This document shows positions 53,098-61,682 of a DNA stretch of 64,000 bases, one piece after another. The DNA comes from an uncultured Candidatus Saccharibacteria bacterium (GTDB lineage Bacteria > Patescibacteriota > Saccharimonadia > Saccharimonadales > Saccharimonadaceae). The notes under the pieces are model-generated. The model was not told where the DNA came from and searched no databases. It worked only from the letters and a program-made list of their open reading frames with translations. The stretch covers positions 79,217 to 143,216 of the forward strand of contig CALKQS010000008.1 in the NCBI GenBank assembly GCA_937990725.1, in the 5' to 3' direction. The translations under genes and the position numbers were made by a program. Position 1 is the first letter of the stretch; every line of letters starts with the position of its first letter.

Positions 53098-54684
53098 ATG
53101 ACAACAGGGGATAATCGTAAAGAACAAGAACGCAGCAAGCTTCACAATACTATTTGGAAAATTGCCAATGACCTGCGCGGATCAGTCGATGGATGGGACT
53201 TTAAGACGTATGTGCTAGGGTTCTTATTTTACCGGTTTATATCGGAAAATCTAGTCAATTATATTAATGCTGAAGAGCGTAAAACTGGTGTGGCTGATTT
53301 TAATTACGCTGAACTTAGCGATGATCAGGCGGAGTTTGGTCGCGAGGATACGGTAAACGACAAAGGATTTTATATTTTACCAAGCGAGCTGTTTGAAAAT
53401 GTCCGTAAGCGTGCCAAAAATGACGAAAATTTGAACGAAACGCTGAGTAAAATATTCCGTAACATTGAGCAATCGGCCAAGGGTTTTGATAGTGAGGATG
53501 ATTTCCGTGGATTATTTGACGATTTAGACGTTAATAGCAATAAGCTTGGTCCGACTGTTACCAGACGCAATGAACGATTGGTGAAATTGATGAACGCCAT
53601 CGGTGAATTAGAGCTTGGTAAGTTTGAAGACAATACAATTGACGCTTTTGGCGACGCATATGAGTATCTGATGACCATGTATGCTGGTAATGCTGGCAAA
53701 TCTGGAGGCGAGTTCTTTACGCCGCAAGAAGTGAGCGAACTTTTGGCAAAAATTACTGTTGTCGGTAAGACATCGGTAAACAAAGTGTATGACCCAGCGG
53801 CAGGCTCCGGTTCGCTACTGCTAAAGTTTGCGAAAGTTTTGGGTAAGGATAATGTCCGGCAAGGCTTTTATGGGCAAGAGATTAACATTACGACTTATAA
53901 TCTTTGCCGCATCAACATGTTCCTGCATGACATTAATTATGAAAAATTTAACATTGCTCACGGTGATACGCTGAAAGATCCGAAACACTGGGATGACGAG
54001 CCGTTTGATGCGATTGTTTCAAATCCGCCATATAGTATCAAATGGGACGGCGACAGTAATCCGACGCTCATCAACGATCCTCGCTTTAGCCCGGCTGGAG
54101 TCTTGGCACCGCGCAGTAAGGCTGATTTAGCATTCACGATGCATATGTTGAGCTGGCTGAGCGAGAGCGGCACGGCGGCGATTGTTGAGTTTCCTGGCGC
54201 GCTATATCGCGGTGGGGCTGAGGCAAAAATCCGCAAATACTTGGTAGAGAGTAATTATGTTGATGCCGTTATCCAGTTGCCACCAGACCTATTCTTTGGT
54301 ACGACAATTAGCACCTGTATCTTTGTTTTAAAAAAGAGCCGGGCGACGAATGACATATTGTTTATCGACGCTAGCGCTGAGTTTGTACGTAAAGGCAATA
54401 AAAATAAGTTGAACGAAGAAAATCGGCAGAAGATCCTGGATAGCTTTACTAACCGGCAAAATATTGATTACTTTGCGAAAGTTGCTACCTATGAAGATGT
54501 CGTCGCTAATGACTATAATCTATCAGTTAGCTCGTATGTTGAGGCTGAAGATACGCAAGAGGTGATTGATATCACTGAGCTCAATGCTGACATTGCAAAG
54601 ATCGTGGCTCGCCAGTCTGAATTGCGCACAGAAATTGATGCAATAGTTGCGGATCTCGAGAGGGATAATGATGATGCGAGATAA
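53098..54684 (+). CDS. hsdM: type I restriction-modification system DNA methyltransferase subunit HsdM
   Basis: HsdM_N region (LHNTIWKIANDLRG..DGWDFKTYVLGFLFYRFISE), AdoMet motif VYDPAAGSGSLL, and catalytic NPPYS. Confidence 0.93.
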   Translation: MTTGDNRKEQERSKLHNTIWKIANDLRGSVDGWDFKTYVLGFLFYRFISENLVNYINAEERKTGVADFNYAELSDDQAEFGREDTVNDKGFYILPSELFENVRKRAKNDENLNETLSKIFRNIEQSAKGFDSEDDFRGLFDDLDVNSNKLGPTVTRRNERLVKLMNAIGELELGKFEDNTIDAFGDAYEYLMTMYAGNAGKSGGEFFTPQEVSELLAKITVVGKTSVNKVYDPAAGSGSLLLKFAKVLGKDNVRQGFYGQEINITTYNLCRINMFLHDINYEKFNIAHGDTLKDPKHWDDEPFDAIVSNPPYSIKWDGDSNPTLINDPRFSPAGVLAPRSKADLAFTMHMLSWLSESGTAAIVEFPGALYRGGAEAKIRKYLVESNYVDAVIQLPPDLFFGTTISTCIFVLKKSRATNDILFIDASAEFVRKGNKNKLNEENRQKILDSFTNRQNIDYFAKVATYEDVVANDYNLSVSSYVEAEDTQEVIDITELNADIAKIVARQSELRTEIDAIVADLERDNDDAR

Positions 54685-55087
54685 CGGCAATATCGTTATT
54701 TATGTTGATGATAATGGTAAGCCACAAGTTGATGTTCGGCTCCAAGATGAGACGGTTTGGCTGACGCAAGCGCAGCTGGTCGATTTGTATCAGTCAAGTA
54801 AAGCGAATGTCAGCGAGCATATAAAAAATATCTTTGATGAGGGCGAGCTTGACCGGGCGGCAACTGTTCGGAAATTCCGAACAGCTCGAACTGAGGGTGA
54901 TCGTCAGGTAGAGCGTGAATTAGAATACTATAATCTCGATACTTGTAAACTTAGTACCAAGCAGACTAAAGAAAAAATGCTAGTTGGGTATCGTAAATAT
55001 AAGGCGAAAAACTTGAGTAGCGTGGAAGAGGATTATCTGGAGAATATTAAGAAAACAGCCAAGAGATTGAAAGGTGAAATAAAGTGA
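54668..55087 (+). CDS. RhuM-family protein, internally deleted (N-terminal DNA-binding part fused to the C-terminal tail)
   Basis: IVIYVDDNGKPQVDVRLQDETVWLTQAQLVDLYQSSKANVSEHIKNIFDEGEL....VRKFR matches the RhuM N-terminus. The conserved core that normally follows YYNLD is missing, leaving 139 aa against about 330 aa expected. Confidence 0.6.
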   Translation: MMMRDNGNIVIYVDDNGKPQVDVRLQDETVWLTQAQLVDLYQSSKANVSEHIKNIFDEGELDRAATVRKFRTARTEGDRQVERELEYYNLDTCKLSTKQTKEKMLVGYRKYKAKNLSSVEEDYLENIKKTAKRLKGEIK

Positions 55088-57351
55088 GTATTCAGAAAGT
55101 TAAAATTAATTTTGAGCATTGTTATGGCATTCATAGGTTATGTAGTGACTTTGACTTTTCTAAATCTAATAAGCAGCTAACTAATAAGCAGCTAACTAAT
55201 ATGCAGCTAATTTATGCTCCGAATGGCACTATGAAAACGTCTTTTGCAAAAACTTTTAAGGATATGAGTGATCCTAGAGGAAAAACTAAACCTCACGATC
55301 AGCTTGATGAAACTTTGCAATCGACTTACAAAGTTATGGTTGAAGATAACGTCGGAAACGAGCGAGATATAACACCTGATGAAATTAAGGTTATTAAGTC
55401 TTATGATGAGTCTGCGTTTAAGTCAGAAGAGGCTATCCTCACCTTACTTGCCAACAAAGAGATTCGTCAACAATATGTTGATATTTTTAAAGAATTAGAC
55501 AATGAGAAAAAATCTGCATTAAGTCCTCTGAAAAGAATTACTGGCAGTAGTAATTACGAGCAAGAAATCATTGACGCTTTTTCTGACCCAGGAACTAAAA
55601 AACGTTCGATATTTGAAGTTTTGGCTACCATAATAGACGACGTAAAACAGTCAAATAGTACCTTTGATTTTGTTTATAATCATGTATTTGATCCTAAGGG
55701 GAAAGTGCGTGACTTTCTAGATGAAAATTATGATTTATTACAAAAATATAGTGAGAAATATAATGAACTGTTATCAAGCTCACAATTCTTTTCAAACAAC
55801 GGAGAGCGAGCTTTTGGTACGATTGAAGCAGGCGCTCTTCGTGATTCAATAAAAGGTGACGAATATTTCAAATCAGGACATAAACTTTCGTTAAAAGATG
55901 AGACAGTAGTGGATAGTGCAGAGAAATTGTCGAAGGTTATCGATAATGAGATTAAAAAAGTTTTTGATAATCAAGAAATTAAGGACATTTTTGATAAAAT
56001 AGACAAAAAGCTGCAAGGAAACCAAGAACTAAGGAACTTTAAAAAAGTTATAGAAAAAGATAAAGCTCTGATTGCCATGCTGACTAATTACGATGAATTT
56101 CGTAAGGAGGTTTGGTATAGTTTTCTAAAACAAGTCGAGCCTGGGGTCAGTAGTTTAGTCGAAAACTATAATACGAAAAAGCCAGATATTGAGGCGATTG
56201 TGGCTGTAGCAAATGATTCAAAAGGCCTGTGGGATGATACGATAGAAGAGTTCAAAACTCGATTTACTAGTTTGCCATTTTCTTTTGATATTAAAGATCG
56301 GGGCGATGCAATCCTAGGTAAATCAGCACCAACCGTTATATATAAATATGGTGATAGACTAGTTGATCAAGACGTATTGACGGATAGAATTCTAAGCCAG
56401 GGAGAGCGACGTGCTTTCTATCTACTTAATGTAATATTTGATATAAAATCACGAGAAAAAGAAAACAAAGAAACTTTATTTATTATAGATGATATCGCAG
56501 ACTCGTTTGACTATAAGAATAAATACGCTATTATTCAGTACTTAAACGACTTAAATAAGAGCGAAAATTTTAAGAGTATTGTTTTAACTCATAATTTTGA
56601 TTTTTATCGTACACTGCAAGAGCGAATACTAGTAAGCGGTAAATGGGATTATTCGTTTATAGCAGAAAGAAATAATGACGAGATTAGATTATTGCCAGGC
56701 GGAGAAAAGGTAATTACCGATCCTTTTAATAAATGGCGTAATAAATGTAATAAGGATGAAAAGCTACTTGTTGCCACCATACCGTTCATACGTGAGCTAT
56801 ATAACTATCAAAAAGGGAATAAATCGCCAGAGTATTTATTGCTAACACACCTACTTCATGACAAAGAAGCTGACAATCAAAACATTATACCTGCTACCTA
56901 CGATATAAAACTGAGTGATATTGAGGGTGTCTTTGTTGATATGTTAAATGTGCAGTTTAAGTTTCCAGATAAGACTAAAAAAGTTATAGACATTATTTTT
57001 AGTGTTGCTGATCAGATTCAGCAAGAATCTCATGACGGCATATGTTTGGAGGATAAGATAGTATTAGCTATGGCGGCTCGACTCTTGGCGGAGCGAGAAA
57101 TCCTTATCCATATGGAACGTCCGTCAGATGTAAGAAAAAATCAATTTTGGGAATTCTACAATGCGTTTCGGAATCAATTTGGAAGTGATGAAACTAAAAA
57201 AGGCATATTAGACGTTCTAGAACAGGTCAATATCATCACTCCGGCAAATATCCACATTAATTCATTTATGTACGAGCCAATTATTGACGTTGGTATTGAT
57301 GAGTTAGTTTGTTTATATGAGCGAGTAAAGGCTTTGCATGAGCAAAATTGA
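55084..57351 (+). CDS. ABC/SMC-like ATPase of the AAA_13 (PrrC/RloC-like) architecture with an uncharacterised C-terminal domain
   Basis: IKINFEHCYGI plus the degenerate Walker A YAPNGTMKTS. A long K/E/D-rich helical insertion. Signature-like LSQGERRAFYL, Walker B/D-loop LFIIDDIADSFD and H-loop VLTHNFDF. About 230 aa of C-terminal region (IPFIRELYNY...LLTHLLHDKE). GTGA overlap upstream and a 14-nt overlap with hsdS. Confidence 0.6.
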   Translation: MSIQKVKINFEHCYGIHRLCSDFDFSKSNKQLTNKQLTNMQLIYAPNGTMKTSFAKTFKDMSDPRGKTKPHDQLDETLQSTYKVMVEDNVGNERDITPDEIKVIKSYDESAFKSEEAILTLLANKEIRQQYVDIFKELDNEKKSALSPLKRITGSSNYEQEIIDAFSDPGTKKRSIFEVLATIIDDVKQSNSTFDFVYNHVFDPKGKVRDFLDENYDLLQKYSEKYNELLSSSQFFSNNGERAFGTIEAGALRDSIKGDEYFKSGHKLSLKDETVVDSAEKLSKVIDNEIKKVFDNQEIKDIFDKIDKKLQGNQELRNFKKVIEKDKALIAMLTNYDEFRKEVWYSFLKQVEPGVSSLVENYNTKKPDIEAIVAVANDSKGLWDDTIEEFKTRFTSLPFSFDIKDRGDAILGKSAPTVIYKYGDRLVDQDVLTDRILSQGERRAFYLLNVIFDIKSREKENKETLFIIDDIADSFDYKNKYAIIQYLNDLNKSENFKSIVLTHNFDFYRTLQERILVSGKWDYSFIAERNNDEIRLLPGGEKVITDPFNKWRNKCNKDEKLLVATIPFIRELYNYQKGNKSPEYLLLTHLLHDKEADNQNIIPATYDIKLSDIEGVFVDMLNVQFKFPDKTKKVIDIIFSVADQIQQESHDGICLEDKIVLAMAARLLAEREILIHMERPSDVRKNQFWEFYNAFRNQFGSDETKKGILDVLEQVNIITPANIHINSFMYEPIIDVGIDELVCLYERVKALHEQN
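55168..55212 (+). repeat. 15-bp in-frame tandem repeat x3 (NKQLT NKQLT NMQLI) just upstream of the Walker A motif
   Basis: AATAAGCAGCTAACT, AATAAGCAGCTAACT, AATATGCAGCTAATT. Confidence 0.85.
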
Positions 57352-58534
57352 TGATTTGATTAAAGAGTTGTGTCCAGGGGGAGTTAAAGTAAAAGAGTTA
57401 GGTGATATTGCTGTAGTAAAAACTGGGCAAGCAATTAATAAAACGATGATTCAGAATAGCCCAGGCGATTATCCAGTCGTTAATAGTGGTAAAGATCCAC
57501 TAGGTTATTATAAGAATTATAATACAGAAGATGATCCAATAGGTGTCACTAGCCGTGGTGCTGGCGTAGGCTCCGTGACATGGTACGAGGGAAGGTATTT
57601 TCGTGGCAACTTAAATTATTCAGTTACTATAAAAGAAAAGCGAGAAATAATGAATCGCTATCTATTTCATTTACTTCTTAATAATCAAAATTCTATTCAA
57701 GCCTTGGCTACGTATGATGGAATACCAGCATTAAATGCGAGTAATCTCAAAAAGCTTTCAGTCCCTGTTCCGCCCCTCGAGGTTCAAAAAGAGATTGTGC
57801 GTGTGCTAGACTCGTTTACAGAGCTAGAAGCAGAGCTAGAAGCAGAGCTAGAAGCAGAGCTAGAAGCGAGAAAGAGGCAGTATGAATACTATCGGAATAC
57901 GCTCTTGACGTTTGAGGATGATGTGGCGTGGAAGCCGATGGGTGAGGTAGGCGAACTTATACGTGGGAACGGACTGCAGAAAAAGGATTTTACGGAAGAG
58001 GGGTTTCCGTGTATTCATTATGGGCAGATTTATACGTATTATGGCTCAGAGGCGACTAACACAAAATCGTTTACTTCCGAAGAAGTATTTCAAAAGCTTA
58101 AGAAAGCTTTACGAGGAGATGTGCTGATTGCCGGTACGAGTGAAAATATAAATGATATATGTAAACCTTGTTATTGGAATGGATATGAGACTATTGGGGT
58201 TTCTGGTGATATGTTTATTTTTAGACCAAATAAAGATATCAGCGGTAAATATTTGACGTATGTCCTACAATCAGACAATTTTATGACTTACAAGCGGAGA
58301 TATGTTACAGGCACAAAAGTTATACGTTTATCTGCCGATAGTCTTAAGAGGTTTAAAGTCCCTGTCCCATCTCCCGAAAAGCAAAAGCAAATCGTCTCAA
58401 TTCTTGATAAATTTGAAAAACTTACCAACGATATTTCTGTTGGTTTGCCGGCGGAGATTGAAGCCCGCCGCAAGCAATACAAATATTATCGCAATAAATT
58501 ATTAACATTCAAAGAGTTGGAGTGCTCAAAATGA
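57338..58534 (+). CDS. hsdS: type I restriction-modification system specificity subunit HsdS
   Basis: Two target-recognition domains separated by a central conserved helix. Duplicated conserved blocks (EIVRVLDSF...RKRQYEYYRNTLLTF and QIVSILDKF...RRKQYKYYRNKLLTF). Confidence 0.92.
   Translation: MSKIDDLIKELCPGGVKVKELGDIAVVKTGQAINKTMIQNSPGDYPVVNSGKDPLGYYKNYNTEDDPIGVTSRGAGVGSVTWYEGRYFRGNLNYSVTIKEKREIMNRYLFHLLLNNQNSIQALATYDGIPALNASNLKKLSVPVPPLEVQKEIVRVLDSFTELEAELEAELEAELEARKRQYEYYRNTLLTFEDDVAWKPMGEVGELIRGNGLQKKDFTEEGFPCIHYGQIYTYYGSEATNTKSFTSEEVFQKLKKALRGDVLIAGTSENINDICKPCYWNGYETIGVSGDMFIFRPNKDISGKYLTYVLQSDNFMTYKRRYVTGTKVIRLSADSLKRFKVPVPSPEKQKQIVSILDKFEKLTNDISVGLPAEIEARRKQYKYYRNKLLTFKELECSK
57821..57868 (+). 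repeat. 12-bp tandem repeat x4 (ELEA)4 in the central conserved region of hsdS
   Basis: GAGCTAGAAGCA x3 plus GAGCTAGAAGCG, read directly. Confidence 0.9.
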
Positions 58535-61500
58535 AATATGATGTGATTGCTGAAAATAGCGACAGCACCGTCGTCAGCGACTACGTCTCGTCGTATCAGC
58601 GGGCGACGAGCTACCAGAGCGAGGCAGAACTAGAGCAGGAATTAATTAAGCAATTGCAGGCGCAGGCGTATGAATATTTGCCGATCAAGAGTGAGAGTGA
58701 TTTGATACAGAATCTGCGCACGCAGCTGGAGAAGCTGAACGACTGCACATTTACCGATGCTGAGTGGAAGCGGTTCTTCGCGGAGCGGATCGCTAATGGC
58801 AATGAAGATATCGCCGACAAGACCTTCAAGATCCAGGAAGACAGTACGCAATTATTGCAACGCGATAACGGCGAGGTAATTAATATTCGCCTGCTAGATA
58901 AAACCAATATTCACAAGAACTGCCTGCAGGTCATCAATCAATACGAGGTGTCGAGCGCACGGGATAACCGTTACGACGTGACGCTACTGGTGAATGGTTT
59001 GCCGCTGGTGCATATCGAACTAAAAAGGCGCGGTGTGCCCTTGCAAGAAGCGTTCAACCAAATTAATCGCTACCAGCGGGATAGTTTTTGGGCGGGCAGT
59101 GGGCTGTTTGAATACGTTCAGCTATTTGTGATCAGTAACGGCACTCATACAAAATACTACAGTAATACGACGCGCTGGCAGCATATCAATGAGGCGGGTA
59201 AATCGGATTCGCGTCGCAGTAAAAAGACCAGTAATAGCTTTGAGTTTACCAGTTGGTGGGCAGATGCTAATAATCGCCCGATTACCGATTTGATAGATTT
59301 TACGGCGACCTTTTTGTCTAAGCATACGCTACTGAACGTGCTAACGAAGTATTGCGTATTTACCAGCGATAAATTATTGCTGGTGATGCGCCCATACCAG
59401 ATCGTGGCGACTGAGCGTATCTTGAATCGCATCCAGATTGCCACAAATTACAAAAAGCTTGGTACAATTGAGGCTGGCGGTTATGTGTGGCATACGACAG
59501 GTAGTGGCAAGACGTTGACGAGTTTTAAGACAGCTCAGCTGACGAGTAAGTTGGACTACGTTGATAAAGTGCTTTTTGTGGTTGATCGTAAAGACCTCGA
59601 CTACCAGACTATGAAAGAATACGACAAGTTCCAGGAGGGCGCAGCAAATAGCAATACCAGCACGCGGGTTTTGACGAGGCAACTGGGCGATCCAAATGCT
59701 AAGATTATCATTACGACCATCCAGAAGCTCGATACATTCATCAAGCGCAATCAAGGACACAAGGCTTTTGATGATCACATAGTTATCATCTTTGACGAGT
59801 GCCACCGTTCGCAATTTGGCGATATGCACCATGCTATTACTAAAAGTTTTCGTAATTATCATTTGTTTGGTTTTACTGGTACGCCGATATTTGCTGATAA
59901 TGCGTCTAGTGGCGGGCGAGTTGATCTACGGACCACCGAGCAGGCGTTTGGTGATAAACTGCATACCTACACCATAGTTGATGCGATTACTGATAAGAAT
60001 GTGTTGCCGTTTCGGATTGACTACATTCGGACGATTCGCGAGGCGGATGAGGTTGATGACCAACAGAAAGTGCGAGATATTGATCGCGAGCGGGCATTGA
60101 ATGCTCCGGAGCGTATTCGTAATGTTGTGCAATATATCCGTGATCATTTTGATCAAAAAACTATGCGCAACGCCAAATCGTACGCGTTTACGCGGCTGAT
60201 GAATGTGCATGAAGTTGCGTCGGCGCGAAACAGAGCGGCAGTTGAAGAAGCGAAAGATAAAATTCGACTAAGTGGATTTAATTCAATTTTTGCGGTGAGT
60301 TCAATTGATACGGCCAAGCTTTATTATAATGAGTTTAAGTGCCAGCAAGCTAGCCTTCCCGAGGTGAGGCGGCTAAAAATAGCTACAATTTATAGCTACG
60401 GAGCCAATGATCCTGATCTAGAAATGGACGGCATGGATGATGAAAATTCGGAACGTACTGATGGGCTTGATGTTTCGTCGCGTGATTTTCTGGAGGGCGT
60501 AATTCGTGATTATAATGCAACATTTGGCACGAATTATGATACCAGCGCTGAGCGATTTCAGAATTACTATAAAGACGTGAGTCTGCGGATGAAGAACCGA
60601 GAGATTGATGTGTTGATCGTGGTGAATATGTTTTTGACAGGGTTTGATGCCACAACGTTGAATACGCTGTGGGTTGACAAAAACTTGCGAATGCATGGGT
60701 TGATTCAGGCGTATTCGCGGACGAATCGTATCCTTAATTCAATTAAAACCTATGGAAATATCGTGACATTTCGCAATTTGGAGGATGCGACCAATAAAGC
60801 TCTAGCACTTTTTGGCGACAGAGATGCGAAGGGTGTTGTATTGCTGCGTCCTTTCCGGGATTACTATGAGGGCTATGAAGACGCTGGAAAGAAAACGCCA
60901 GGCTATGTTGATTTGATCGCGGAGCTAAAAGATAAATTTCCAGTGGGCGAGATGATTACTGGTGAGCAAGAACAAAAGGAATTTGTGAAGCTATATGGTG
61001 CAATCCTGAGGCTGAAGAATATTCTGTCTAGCTTCGACGAGTTTATTGGCCAAGAGATTTTGAGCCAGCGAGATGTGCAAGATTATCACAGCATGTACAT
61101 TGACCTCTACAATGAACTGCGGCCGAAATCTGATGAGAGTAAGGAGAATATCAATGACGATTTGGTGTTTGAGATGGAACTGATCAAGCAGGTTGAAATA
61201 AATATTGATTACATCCTGGAATTGATTCGGCAGTATCACGATAGCCATTTGAACAATAAAGAGATTTTAGTCGATATTAATAAAGCCGAGAGTTGCGTAA
61301 TAAAAAGGATTTGATCGAGCAATTTATCACCTCGCTTACCGTTGATAGTTCGGTTGACGGTGATTGGCAGGAGTTTGTAAAATCAAGGAAAATCAAAGAA
61401 CTAGACCAGATTATTGATGATGAGAAATTAGATAAAAAAGCGACGTATACGTTTGTTGAAGATGCTTTTCGCGACGGATACATACAATCAACCGGCACAG

Positions 61501-61634
61501 GTCTATCGCGGATACTGCCACCCATGTCGCGTTTTTCGCCTAGTGGAGAGCGTAGCAAAAAACGTGAAACAGTGCTGGAAAAATTGAGAGATTTCTTTGA
61601 TCGATTCTTTGATGTTTCAAGCGGGAAGTTGTGA
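58531..61634 (+). pseudogene. hsdR: type I restriction enzyme R subunit HsdR, interrupted by a 1-nt frameshift near 61284-61293
   Basis: HsdR_N nuclease region, helicase motifs (TGSGKT, DECHRSQ, TGTPIF, and the motif VI region QAYSRTNR). The frame ends at 61314 (..INKAESCVIKRI*). The +2 frame continues LRNKKDLIEQFI... to 61634, which is the normal HsdR C-terminal domain. The ATGA start overlaps the hsdS stop. Confidence 0.85.
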
Positions 61635-61682
61635 GGATGACATGACTTTATAAAAATACAATAAGTATAGGAATATTAAGTT

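Noticed and set aside
55084-57351. Calling the 755-aa ATPase RloC or PrrC outright.
   Set aside because: There is no CxxC zinc hook in the coiled coil and no PrrC-like R-x3-E...H spacing in the C-terminal region. Only the generic ABC/AAA_13 layout and the genomic position are shared, so it is reported as PrrC/RloC-like at most.
57821-57868. Short tandem repeats that might be taken for a mini CRISPR array or VNTR in non-coding DNA.
   Set aside because: The repeats are contiguous with no spacers, are in frame, and lie inside hsdS. No CRISPR-like repeat-spacer structure exists anywhere in the window.
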